A DNA stretch of 64,000 nt, taken from the NCBI GenBank assembly GCA_020050435.1, contig JAGVKQ010000019.1, positions 33,644 through 97,643 on the forward strand, given 5' to 3'. The translations under genes and the position numbers were made by a program. The DNA comes from Candidatus Caenarcanales bacterium. GTDB taxonomy: Bacteria > Cyanobacteriota > Vampirovibrionia > 2-02-FULL-35-15. Below are positions 38,574 to 48,072 of this stretch, in pieces (the stretch's first letter is position 1; every line of letters starts with the position of its first letter). The notes under the pieces were generated by a model, which saw only the letters and a list, made by a program, of their open reading frames with translations, did no database searches and was not told the DNA's origin.

Positions 38574-39082
38574 TTTAATTTTACAGTACTCTTTTTAATT
38601 TTTTTTGAATTCAGGAGTTCTTTACAAAGTAATAATCCATTTAATATTTCACTAGGAGTAGGGGGATTGCCTGGGATATAAATATCAACCGGTAAAAAAT
38701 CATCTACTTTTCCTAAGCAAGCATAACTTTTCTCATATATAGAACCATTGCAAGCCCCATCTCCAATAGCTATAACTATTTTGGGAGAAGGCATTGCATT
38801 GTAAGTTTTTTCCATTGCAATTTTTAAATGTCTTGTTACGGGGCCACTTACAGTTAAAACATCTGCATGTCTTGGAGAGGCGGTAAAATCAATTCCAAAT
38901 TGTGTGAGATCATAAATCGGGTTAGACAAAGCTAATAACTCAGCTTCTTCTGCATTACAAGACCCAGTATCTAAATGACGTATAAGCAATGATTTACTTA
39001 GAGCATGTTTAGTATTTTTATCAAGCTTTTTAATCCTAGATAATTCAGTTCTGATGATTTCAGTATTTAACATTTTTAACAT
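38549..39082 (-). CDS. HyfI/NuoB-like small subunit with atypical Fe-S ligands
   Basis: IRHLDTGSCNAEE, ASPRHADVL.VSGPVT, IAIGDGAC, VDIYIPGNPP. Confidence 0.85.
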   Translation of the reverse strand: MLKMLNTEIIRTELSRIKKLDKNTKHALSKSLLIRHLDTGSCNAEEAELLALSNPIYDLTQFGIDFTASPRHADVLTVSGPVTRHLKIAMEKTYNAMPSPKIVIAIGDGACNGSIYEKSYACLGKVDDFLPVDIYIPGNPPTPSEILNGLLLCKELLNSKKIKKSTVKLKLCLKPNK

Positions 39083-39094
39083 TCCCCCCCCCTC

Positions 39095-40672
39095 TTATCT
39101 GTCAACGCATGCATAACAAAGATTAAAACTTTTATTAACTAGTGGACTATCAGGAACTATGTTTCTTCCTTTTGTTGCTTGGATTACCCCTCTCCAATTC
39201 ATATATGATGCACTTCTTACATGCCACCTTGAAATTTTATTTTTCTTATCTAAAATCAAACAGTGAATTAAAGAGCCTTTTGCTGATTCTACTGCTCCGA
39301 TTCCAGGTTCTAGCATAGATGAAAATAGTTCTGGGATTTCTTCTTTTATTTTTCCTGTAGGTAGTTTATCTATAATTTTTCGAATAAAATCAAAAATTGA
39401 ATAAATATCTTTAACTCTAACCTTAGTTCTAGCTAATGCATCTCCTTCCGTTTCAATATTGATTTCTGGAGTGAAATCATGGTAACCTGCATATTTGAAA
39501 TCTCTTCTTAAATCAATATCTATTCCTGAAGCTCGTGCTGCTGGTCCCACTATTCCAAATTTCTTTGCTTGAATAAAGCTTAACTCTCCTGTAGTTTCAA
39601 GACGATCAAGAAGTGTATCAGAATCGATAATGATTTTTTCTAATGATTTGAATTCTTTTTTTAAGTTTTGTAATTCGTCTTTTAAAGATTTAAACTCATC
39701 ATCATTAATATCTCTTTTTAAACCACCAACAGTATTTAATCCTCTGAAAAATCTATGATTTGTAAGATTGAAAGTGATTTGCATAGCTTTTTCTCTAAAG
39801 CTAGCTGCTTGCATGGAAGCTATAGCAAAACCACTAGCAGAACATATAGCAGACAAGTCAGCCAGATGGCTATTTAATCTTTCTAGTTCTAAGCAAATAG
39901 TTCTTATATATGTTGCTCTTTTAGGAATATTTATTTTACTTAGACTTTCTACAGCCTGACAGTATGCCGTAGAATGCGAATAAGAACACATTCCACACAC
40001 ATGTTCTGCCAGTATAAGCCCTTCTTCTATGGTTTTTCCTTCTGCACTTTTTTCAATACCTTTATGTGTATAGAAAAGCTGAGCATTAAAATCAAGTATT
40101 TGTTCACCAATAGTGCAAAACCTTAAATGTCCTGGCTCTATTATTCCTGCATGGATTGGTCCTACTGCTACTTGATGCATTCCTTCAGCATGAGGCTGTG
40201 TGAACTGATGAGGGACTTCTGAGATTTCAATTTCTGTATTTAACTTAAAATCTTTTCGCATAGGGAAGTGTTTTCCATGAGGAAAGTCTCCATGCAGAAC
40301 TAGTGGTAGCAAATCTACTCCTTCAGCAACTATTCCAAACATATCATGAATCTCACGCTCAAACCATTCTGCCGCTGGAATTAACTTACTGATGGTGGGA
40401 TATGAGGGTTTTGTCTCATCTAAACAAACTTTAAATGTAAGTAAAGAAGCTGTATTTAAAATTAGAAAAATTAAATGCAGTTTATATTTCTTATTTAATG
40501 ATCTTTCATCTATGGCAAACATTGTTAGAAATGATACTTTTTCTTTCAATAAAACTTCAATGGAATCTTGTAAATCTTCTTTTTGAATGTTACACAATAA
40601 ATGATTGGTGTTGATGGTGCTTTCATCAAGGTTACATTTTTTTAATACAGATATTATGTTTGATTTATTCAT
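39095..40672 (-). CDS. HyfG/HycE-like large subunit (NuoC+NuoD-like fusion) of group 4 hydrogenase / Ehr-type complex
   Basis: FEREIHDMFG, VGPIHAGIIEPGH, EHVCGMCSYSH, ELERL, NKSFNLCYACVDR at C-terminus. Confidence 0.9.
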   Translation of the reverse strand: MNKSNIISVLKKCNLDESTINTNHLLCNIQKEDLQDSIEVLLKEKVSFLTMFAIDERSLNKKYKLHLIFLILNTASLLTFKVCLDETKPSYPTISKLIPAAEWFEREIHDMFGIVAEGVDLLPLVLHGDFPHGKHFPMRKDFKLNTEIEISEVPHQFTQPHAEGMHQVAVGPIHAGIIEPGHLRFCTIGEQILDFNAQLFYTHKGIEKSAEGKTIEEGLILAEHVCGMCSYSHSTAYCQAVESLSKINIPKRATYIRTICLELERLNSHLADLSAICSASGFAIASMQAASFREKAMQITFNLTNHRFFRGLNTVGGLKRDINDDEFKSLKDELQNLKKEFKSLEKIIIDSDTLLDRLETTGELSFIQAKKFGIVGPAARASGIDIDLRRDFKYAGYHDFTPEINIETEGDALARTKVRVKDIYSIFDFIRKIIDKLPTGKIKEEIPELFSSMLEPGIGAVESAKGSLIHCLILDKKNKISRWHVRSASYMNWRGVIQATKGRNIVPDSPLVNKSFNLCYACVDR

Positions 40673-42150
40673 AATATTCCTTTTCCATGAATAATTTCTA
40701 CGGATCTATTTAATAATTTAAACAAGGGTGCTGGTATCCAGACACTTAATAATGTAATGATAAACAGTGGTATTACTAATGCTAAAACTCCTAATTTGCT
40801 TACTTCTTCTCTAAGATTATTCTTTTCTTCAGTGCTGTTTCCTATAGTCATATTCATAGTTTGGTACATTATTGCACCAAAAATAATAAGTGAAAATAAT
40901 ATAAATAATGAGCTAATAACCCAATGCTTTTCAAGTATTCCAGCTCTGATTATATAAAACTCACTTAAGAAAACTGAAAAAGGTGGTGATCCCATTAAAG
41001 CAAGTGCTCCGATTAAAAATATTGTTCCACTAAATGGCATTATATTTATGGCAGATTTGATTTTACTTATATCTTTTGTTTGAAATTTTAATGAGAGGTT
41101 TCCTGCTGTAAAGAACATTAAAGTTTTTGTGATTGCATGATTAAACATGTGGAATACTGCTCCGAATATAGACAGTGGACTTCCTATTCCTAATCCAGTC
41201 ACAATTATTCCTATGTGTTCAAGGCTGCTATATGCTAATAAACGTTTGATCTGATTTTGTGTCATTATAAATGGAACTGATAGTGCAATAGAAAACATTC
41301 CAAAAAACAGTAACATGTTATTGGTAAATGCTGCACCGATAGATTCATTAGCAATAATAGTAAATCTAATAATGCTGTAAAGACTGCACTTTAAAAGAAC
41401 TCCGGAAAGTAATGCACTGACTGGTGTAGGTGCTTCACTGTAAGCATCTGGTAACCATGAATGCATAGGAGCAAGACCTACTTTTGTTCCATAGCCGATT
41501 AGTATAAATGCAAAAGCTAACTTTATTATATTGGGATTAAATTTCTTTGATATAGAAAGTAAATAATCCCAGTTTAAACTTAAAGACTCAACTCCTCCAG
41601 AGTGAATTGCAGCATAGAAGCATAGAATGATTCCTATCATTGCAAATGCAATTCCAACACTACAAAGTATTATATATTTCCAGGCAGCTTCAATGGAAGT
41701 GCTCTTATTGTAGTACCCTACTAGGAAAGCAGAAATCAGTGTAATTACCTCTATTCCAACCCAGACAAGTCCTATGTTATTAGAAATTACAACTGTTAGC
41801 ATTGTGAGCACAAAAATATTCAGTAAAAAATAGAATTTTTTCAATTTCCATAAAGGGAAAGAATATTCCTCATTACTTTTAATCATATAATCGGCTGAAT
41901 ACAAAGAAACAAGCAAGCTAACAGTGCCAATTATTAAAATTAGTAATCCACTGAAAGCATCTATATAAACCAGATTGTTGAAAGATTTAATTACGCCTAG
42001 TTTAATTACGTTATTTAATAATTTAATTACAACTAAAAGTAAACACAAAGATCCCGATATCTGAATAGGAGCAAACTGTTTTTCATTTTTAGGCAATAAG
42101 CAAAGAATCGCAGTAATGAAAGGAATTAGTATAAGTAAAATTATTTCCAT
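40669..42150 (-). CDS. hyfF: HyfF-like antiporter-like membrane subunit
   Basis: EAAWKY, GYGTKVGLAPMHSWLPDAYSEAP, KRLLAYSSLEH. Confidence 0.85.
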   Translation of the reverse strand: MEIILLILIPFITAILCLLPKNEKQFAPIQISGSLCLLLVVIKLLNNVIKLGVIKSFNNLVYIDAFSGLLILIIGTVSLLVSLYSADYMIKSNEEYSFPLWKLKKFYFLLNIFVLTMLTVVISNNIGLVWVGIEVITLISAFLVGYYNKSTSIEAAWKYIILCSVGIAFAMIGIILCFYAAIHSGGVESLSLNWDYLLSISKKFNPNIIKLAFAFILIGYGTKVGLAPMHSWLPDAYSEAPTPVSALLSGVLLKCSLYSIIRFTIIANESIGAAFTNNMLLFFGMFSIALSVPFIMTQNQIKRLLAYSSLEHIGIIVTGLGIGSPLSIFGAVFHMFNHAITKTLMFFTAGNLSLKFQTKDISKIKSAINIMPFSGTIFLIGALALMGSPPFSVFLSEFYIIRAGILEKHWVISSLFILFSLIIFGAIMYQTMNMTIGNSTEEKNNLREEVSKLGVLALVIPLFIITLLSVWIPAPLFKLLNRSVEIIHGKGIL

Positions 42151-42152
42151 TT

Positions 42153-42824
42153 TTATCCTTTTAATTTACTTAATTTGCTTACATCTATGGAGTCGAATGA
42201 TTGTTTTATTCTAAGTGTCCAGACTCCCATAATTAGTACTCCTATAAATAAATCTAGAGAAATTCCCATTTCAACTACAAAAGGCATTCCAAATACTGTG
42301 TCTAATGTAAGGGCGAAAATCCCATTTTCCATTACATACAAGCCAATAATTTGTGTGAGAGCTTTTTTTCTACTTATCATTATTAATAAGCCAATTAATA
42401 TAATGGATATTGCAGCATTAAATAGTCCTGGGTAATATGCTATCCTTCCAAAATTTTGTGTCATTGATAAGCCGTAAACAAATGCAATTAATGCAGAGGC
42501 AATTAATACTGTAGTTGAAGGACTTATTATCGGTACAACCTCTTTGTTTGCCTGACTTTTATCAATTACAAAATTCAAAGCAAGTGGTATTACAATGCAT
42601 TTTCCTAAAAGAGTTATTATTGCTATTCGCAGAGTTTCTGGATTATTAATTGAAAATCCTATTATCAGGGTTATTATTACCAGGCATGAAGATTGAAGTA
42701 AATAAAATTTAACTATAGATTTTAGTCTATTACTTCCTGTAATTAAAATGCTCATTAAAAGTAAAACTACAGTAAAGTAACTGATTATTGGAGTTGTAAA
42801 TTCTTGTGTTAGAAAGTTATTCAT
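42153..42824 (-). CDS. hyfE: HyfE-like membrane subunit
   Basis: SRKKALTQIIGLYVMENGI, PFVVEMG..LD. Confidence 0.85.
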   Translation of the reverse strand: MNNFLTQEFTTPIISYFTVVLLLMSILITGSNRLKSIVKFYLLQSSCLVIITLIIGFSINNPETLRIAIITLLGKCIVIPLALNFVIDKSQANKEVVPIISPSTTVLIASALIAFVYGLSMTQNFGRIAYYPGLFNAAISIILIGLLIMISRKKALTQIIGLYVMENGIFALTLDTVFGMPFVVEMGISLDLFIGVLIMGVWTLRIKQSFDSIDVSKLSKLKG

Positions 42825-43792
42825 GGCATTGAAACCCTTCCTAATTCTTGAATAACCAGAATTAATGCTAGTACTGAAATTGCAAAAGAAGTTACAAGTA
42901 TGTCTTTCACTCTAAACAATCTGACCTTTGCAATAACAGTTTCACCTAGAGTAATAATAATTGAAATAATAAGAATTTTTAAAATATAAAATGCTAATCC
43001 AGTACTTATGCTAATTAAAGTAAATTTGTTTATAATTCCCCAAGGAAAAATTAAATTACAAATTAAAGAAATTATTATTAATTGCTTTAACCAATTAGCC
43101 CAAACCATTAACCCAAGTAATTTTCCGGAGTACTCTAATAACATTCCTTCATGAATCATAGTAAGTTCATAGTGAGTTTCCTGATTGTCAAATGGAATCC
43201 TTCCTATTTCAGCAATAGAAATTATAAACAATGCAAATATGGCAAGAACATAGCTAATGGAAGGAAAAGTTAAATCATGTTTTACAAGTGAGGTTATTAT
43301 AGTAGGAATTTGCGTTGAGTTAGATAGTAAACATAAAACAATGAGAGAAAGAAGCATAACTGGCTCAATTAAAACAGAAAGCATCATTTCTCTACTGCTA
43401 GCCATTCCACAAAACCCACTTCCTGGTTCCATTGCTGCAAGAGACATAAAAAATCTTCCTAAACTAAGCAAGTAAACAAAAAGAATTACTCCGCCAAACA
43501 TACCAATACTCTCAATTTCAAAAAACATTGGTACAAATAGTCCTGCAGTAAGAGTTGAAGAAAAAACAATTAAAGGAGTTGTAGAGAAAATCCATGATGT
43601 TTGATCTGATATAACTGTTTCCTTGTGAAAGTATTTAGTTAAATCATAGTATCCTTGAAACAGTGGAATCCCTTTTCTTCCCTGTAATAAACCCTTCATT
43701 TTTTTAATTACAGAATTTACCATTGGAGAAAGTAAAAGCAGTCCAATTATTTGACTTAATATTAGTATTATATTTTTTGTTTCAATATTCAT
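42821..43792 (-). CDS. hyfC: HyfC/HycD (NuoH-like) membrane subunit
   Basis: QGRKG.P..Q.YYDL.K, SSREM....L.EP, EIGRIPFDN.ETH.ELTMIHE.M.LEYSG; ATGA overlap with hyfB stop. Confidence 0.88.
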   Translation of the reverse strand: MNIETKNIILILSQIIGLLLLSPMVNSVIKKMKGLLQGRKGIPLFQGYYDLTKYFHKETVISDQTSWIFSTTPLIVFSSTLTAGLFVPMFFEIESIGMFGGVILFVYLLSLGRFFMSLAAMEPGSGFCGMASSREMMLSVLIEPVMLLSLIVLCLLSNSTQIPTIITSLVKHDLTFPSISYVLAIFALFIISIAEIGRIPFDNQETHYELTMIHEGMLLEYSGKLLGLMVWANWLKQLIIISLICNLIFPWGIINKFTLISISTGLAFYILKILIISIIITLGETVIAKVRLFRVKDILVTSFAISVLALILVIQELGRVSMP

Positions 43793-45753
43793 AAGCTTAC
43801 CCAAATAATAGAAATTACTAAAGCAATAAAAATATAAGTCAAGTAAACCTGCACAACTCCTGACTGAACGGTTTTGACTTTGTAGGAGAATTTATTTAAG
43901 ACATCATAAATGGGAAGATAAATCCACTTGTAGTAAAAATCTTTTGGGATATGTAGTCCTGAAAAAATGACCTCTATGGGTTGAATGAAGCCAGTAGGAG
44001 TGTATTCAAACTCAGCCTTAGGACTTATTCCACAACTCCATGTTTCATCTTTTCTTGTAGTGGTTTTATTATTAACTAACTTAGGGATAATAAATCCAAG
44101 AAAAGAGAAACTTAAAAGTAGCAAAAGAATTAGAGTTGGTGAATAATGTCCTGAAACAGTATTATTTATGTGTAATATTTGATTATTAGAAAATGCCGCT
44201 GAGTTAACTTGACTTAAATTAATTAAAGTAGAAGCAGCTGGACAAATCAATGAAATTGTAAATAATGGAAACAGTCCTATTAATAAACATAGACTTGAAG
44301 ATATAAATAAACTGAATATCATAGACTTGGAAGATTCTTGAGCATACTCTACTAAATGCGTTCTAGGCATTGCCATAAATATTCCTGAAAATAATTTTAT
44401 AAATGTTGCAATGCATATAGCACCAGTTAAACCTAATAATGAAGCGGAGATTATTCCTATAGTTTTTATAACATTTGAAGAAGTGTTAAACAGAGCCAGT
44501 AAATTCTGAAATATAAGCCATTCACTTGCAAAGCCATTTAGTGGAGGAAATGCACAGATAGCCAGGACTCCGATCAAGAAAAACAAAGATGTTTTTGGCA
44601 TCTTTTTTATTAATCCGCCTAATTTGGAAAAACTTCTTGTATGAGTTGTTGAGATTACTGAACCTGAAGCCATAAAAAGTAATGATTTAAAAATAGAGTG
44701 ATTTAGGGTGTGAAATAAGCTTATAACTAAAGAAATAGCTGCAAGGTCATAGAGTCTTAAGCTGTAAAAAATAATTCCAGTGCTGATGGGAATGAAAATT
44801 ATGCCAATATTTTCTATGCTGCTATATGCAAGAAGTCTTTTTATATCATTTTCCTGAGAAGCGTAGATAATTCCAACCAATGCTGTAGATACCGCTACTA
44901 AAAGTAAACAAACTCCCCACCAATATGAATTAGGGTTTAAAAACTCAAAAGTTACACGTAATAATCCATATATTGCTGTTTTAATCATAACTCCAGACAT
45001 TAGGGCAGATATATGGCTAGGTGCTGCTGGATGTGCTTCTGGAAGCCAGATGTGTAATGGAATTAATCCTGCTTTAGTTCCAAAACCAATCAATGCAAAA
45101 ATAAACAATAAAAGATTTAAATTATCAGGCATTTTTTTATAAACGCCATGGAATGATTCAAATGAAAAGCTTCCAGAATAGTTTGCCATTATTAAAAATA
45201 AAAATAATAAAAAAGCTGATCCAATATGCGTCATTAAGAGATAGATAAAACCTGCAGATCTTGATTCATCACTAGAAGTGTTAGAAATAATTAGCCCATA
45301 GGATATTAAGGTCATTGATTCCCAGAAGATTAAAAACAGCAGTGCATCATTAGCACTTACCAAAAGAATCATTGATAATAAAAACAAATTGTATAAAAAT
45401 ACTAAAAGAGGTATTGATGTTTTTGTAGATTCTGATTTTAAATAGCCAATTGAAAAAATTGAAACAGAAATTGAAATTAATGAGATTAAGAAAATAAAAA
45501 ATGCTGAAAATGGGTCTACTGAAAGAATGGGAGTTAATAATGGAATATTTATAGGTAATTCTATTTTAAAACTGTTCTTGTGGAGTAAAACATTGACTGA
45601 ACTAAGAAGGCTGAAAAGTGCAGCAATTATTGCGAAAATACTAGATGTATATATGCCAAGCTTATTTGAATACAGTCCTAATACGAGTGAAAATAATGCC
45701 CCGATAATAAAAAACAATATAGAGAATTCAAGCAGTAAAATATTATTTTCCAT
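43789..45753 (-). CDS. hyfB: HyfB-like antiporter-like membrane subunit
   Basis: FWESM, GFGTKAGLIPLHIWLPEAHPAAPSHISALMSG, KRLLAYSSIEN, PPLNGFASEW, TWSCG. Confidence 0.88.
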   Translation of the reverse strand: MENNILLLEFSILFFIIGALFSLVLGLYSNKLGIYTSSIFAIIAALFSLLSSVNVLLHKNSFKIELPINIPLLTPILSVDPFSAFFIFLISLISISVSIFSIGYLKSESTKTSIPLLVFLYNLFLLSMILLVSANDALLFLIFWESMTLISYGLIISNTSSDESRSAGFIYLLMTHIGSAFLLFLFLIMANYSGSFSFESFHGVYKKMPDNLNLLLFIFALIGFGTKAGLIPLHIWLPEAHPAAPSHISALMSGVMIKTAIYGLLRVTFEFLNPNSYWWGVCLLLVAVSTALVGIIYASQENDIKRLLAYSSIENIGIIFIPISTGIIFYSLRLYDLAAISLVISLFHTLNHSIFKSLLFMASGSVISTTHTRSFSKLGGLIKKMPKTSLFFLIGVLAICAFPPLNGFASEWLIFQNLLALFNTSSNVIKTIGIISASLLGLTGAICIATFIKLFSGIFMAMPRTHLVEYAQESSKSMIFSLFISSSLCLLIGLFPLFTISLICPAASTLINLSQVNSAAFSNNQILHINNTVSGHYSPTLILLLLLSFSFLGFIIPKLVNNKTTTRKDETWSCGISPKAEFEYTPTGFIQPIEVIFSGLHIPKDFYYKWIYLPIYDVLNKFSYKVKTVQSGVVQVYLTYIFIALVISIIWVSL

Positions 45754-45759
45754 TTATTT

Positions 45760-46083
45760 TTATCTCTTCGATAGTCCCTTTAATAAATTTTGTATATCTA
45801 TCAATTGTTCATTAAATATTTTTTTAGTTTCATCAAGTAGTTTAAAAATAATAGAATGTCTAATAGAGTAGTAAATATTATTTCCAGATTTTCTAGTGAT
45901 TACTATATTATTATTTCTAAGGATTGCTAGCTGTTGAGAAACGTTTGGAGCTTCAATACCCAGTCTTTTTTTTAATTCATTTACCGTAAGCTCTCCATTG
46001 CGGAGTTCATCTATTATTTGAATCCTAATTGGGTTGGCAAGTGCTTTAAAAAATGTTGCTTTAAATTCTCTTAGTCTCTTCAT
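45760..46083 (-). CDS. ArsR/SmtB-family transcriptional regulator (no cysteines)
   Basis: FFKALANPIRIQII..L..GE.TV.EL...LG.E..NVSQQLAILR; ATG 46083 preferred over GTG 46128. Confidence 0.88.
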   Translation of the reverse strand: MKRLREFKATFFKALANPIRIQIIDELRNGELTVNELKKRLGIEAPNVSQQLAILRNNNIVITRKSGNNIYYSIRHSIIFKLLDETKKIFNEQLIDIQNLLKGLSKR

Positions 46084-46110
46084 TTTTTTTGTTCTGTTTG
46101 TTCGTTTAGT

Positions 46111-46130
46111 ATATGCGAATATTCGCACAT
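46111..46130. promoter_or_regulatory. Palindromic operator, probable ArsR autoregulatory site
   Basis: ATATGCGAATATTCGCACAT (perfect 14-bp core TGCGAATATTCGCA) abutting minus-strand -10 TATACT. Confidence 0.7.
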
Positions 46131-46143
46131 AGCTATTTTAACA

Positions 46144-46194
46144 CATTAAAAAAACTGATGAAATTAAAATTATTTGTTCGGTTTCAAGCATAGC
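46144..46194. repeat. 51-bp direct repeat, copy 2 (orphan 5' end of antiporter; reads MLETEQIILISSVFLMC* on minus strand, 46138-46191)
   Basis: Identical to 38523-38573; extends to 59/61 including the -10 TAAAAT. Confidence 0.95.
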
Positions 46195-46217
46195 CATAAT
46201 TTTATATTATGATATGG

Positions 46218-46949
46218 CTAGTTCTGCTTCCTTTCTAATCTAATATTTGCTTCTTGTTCTTTACCATTAGCATTTGCAGAATTAGAGTTTCTTTGATTAA
46301 TAGGGAGTTTAGAAATAACTAAATTGTAAAAGGGCAGACTTCTTACCCACTCATTAATTGCAAACTGTTCAACTGTACGGCAACCTACACCTACAATTGG
46401 ATTTTCTGTATCAATAAATAAAAGTCTGCATAGTGTTCTACTTAAAAATTCATCTGATAGGGTTTTATAATCAAATTGGCTAGCCTTTAAAACTCCTATT
46501 CCAATAAGACCTATTCTTGAGCCTAATCTAGCGAACATATTTAAAAACCCTGTTCCCATTCTTTTAAACTTATCTATTTGTCTGTTTGGATCGACTATGG
46601 CTGTACCCATAGTAATCTCTAATGATTTTCTAATTCCAGTAAGAAACATATTTAAATTAATTTCTTTTATTTGCTTCTGGAAAAGGTGTAAAAGCGAACG
46701 AGAAGAAAGATATCTGACATTTTCAGTTATAAAACGAAAGCCTATTCTATTTGCGTAGTTTTCCATATTTGTCTCATAGTATCTACCAGCACCCCTAATA
46801 AAAGAATCAAGAATACTAGGAAGTCCCATGATGGGAGTGTTATTAGCATTTTCCATAGAAATCTTTTGCAGATCATTTTTACCAGAAGATGGCAATGTCC
46901 TAATAATAGGTTGAGGAATAAAATATGAATATATAGGATTTATAGGCAT
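46218..46949 (-). CDS. Hypothetical protein downstream of a poly-Cys leader
   Basis: 243-aa ORF, no motif recognised. Confidence 0.65.
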   Translation of the reverse strand: MPINPIYSYFIPQPIIRTLPSSGKNDLQKISMENANNTPIMGLPSILDSFIRGAGRYYETNMENYANRIGFRFITENVRYLSSRSLLHLFQKQIKEINLNMFLTGIRKSLEITMGTAIVDPNRQIDKFKRMGTGFLNMFARLGSRIGLIGIGVLKASQFDYKTLSDEFLSRTLCRLLFIDTENPIVGVGCRTVEQFAINEWVRSLPFYNLVISKLPINQRNSNSANANGKEQEANIRLERKQN

Positions 46950-47010
46950 TTAAAATAAAAAAAAGCAAAAAAAATCATAATAAAAAAATTCTTTCTAGAC
47001 CCAAAACAAC

Positions 47011-47038
47011 AAAAAAGTTAGTCTAAGGTCAGACTAAC
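47011..47038 (-). terminator. Attenuator-like terminator hairpin overlapping the leader stop codon
   Basis: Minus strand GTTAGTCT-GACCTT-AGACTAAC-TTTTTT. Confidence 0.75.
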
Positions 47039-47096
47039 AACAACAGCTTTTACAGCAGCATTGAATTGTTATTTGGTTTGTGAAAGAAATAATCAT
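47034..47096 (-). CDS. Putative cysteine-sensing leader peptide MIISFTNQITIQCCCKSCCC (absent from ORF track)
   Basis: 6 Cys codons in the last 8 codons; stop inside terminator 5' arm. Confidence 0.7.
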   Translation of the reverse strand: MIISFTNQITIQCCCKSCCC

Positions 47097-47221
47097 TATG
47101 AAAGTTCTTGCTTAACCTTGTTTTCTTAACTTATAGGCTTTTTATTATATACTAATCTTCAATTTACAATAATAAAAAAATTATAAAAATAGATTTTATA
47201 ATAAAAAGCTAGAGTAATAGT

Positions 47222-48064
47222 ATGGAGTTTGAGCATAAAATAGTTAAAACTGAAATTGGTGATGTGGAGTATACAGACATTGGATCAGGTCCAGTTATTG
47301 TTCTTTCACATGGTACTCCTGGAGGCTCAGATGTCGGTCCATTGATTTTCAGCGAAATAATCTCTCATGATTTCAGACTGATTACCCCATCAAGACCTGG
47401 ATATTTAAAAACTAGCCTTGATCTGGGAAAGACACCAGAAGAACAAGCAAAAGTTTTTTACCATTTTATTGAAGCATTAAATATTGAAAAAGCTTCATTC
47501 CTTGCATGGTCTGGTGGTGGACCTCTTGCTTTGAATTTTGCTATAAACTATCCAGAAAAAATTTCATCTTTAGTCATGCTATCCACGGTAACAAAAAAAC
47601 TTGTTGAAAAAAGTATGCTCTTCAAACTTTTTGTTAAAAATGAATTTTTGCCAAGAACTTTGTTAAGTGCAAAAAAATCATTACCTTTTTTAAATAATTT
47701 AATTTGTAAGGAGTTGGGTGCTAATCCAAAGATTGCATTGAGTGATGAGAAGAAATTAAAAATTTTAGATGCACTTATAGCATCAACAATGCCTTCAAAC
47801 TTGAGATTCCATGGGTATGCAAATGATGCAGAACAATTTGCAAAGCTAGAAGATATGGAATTTCATAAAGTCCTTTGTCCTACAATGATTTTATTTGATG
47901 AAAAAGATACCCAAGTCCATGTGCATCATGGTGATCATTTATCTGAAAAAATACCACACAGTGTTTACCTGAAATTTACAAAAGGCGGACATACTCCTAT
48001 GCTTGATGAGGAGTCAATTGTAGTAATAGAACATATGGTTAAATTTTTTAAAGAACATGTTTAA
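47222..48064 (+). CDS. Alpha/beta hydrolase
   Basis: HGTPGG, SRPGY, AWSGGG nucleophile elbow, D..V, GGH. Confidence 0.88.
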   Translation: MEFEHKIVKTEIGDVEYTDIGSGPVIVLSHGTPGGSDVGPLIFSEIISHDFRLITPSRPGYLKTSLDLGKTPEEQAKVFYHFIEALNIEKASFLAWSGGGPLALNFAINYPEKISSLVMLSTVTKKLVEKSMLFKLFVKNEFLPRTLLSAKKSLPFLNNLICKELGANPKIALSDEKKLKILDALIASTMPSNLRFHGYANDAEQFAKLEDMEFHKVLCPTMILFDEKDTQVHVHHGDHLSEKIPHSVYLKFTKGGHTPMLDEESIVVIEHMVKFFKEHV

Positions 48065-48072
48065 TTTAAGAT

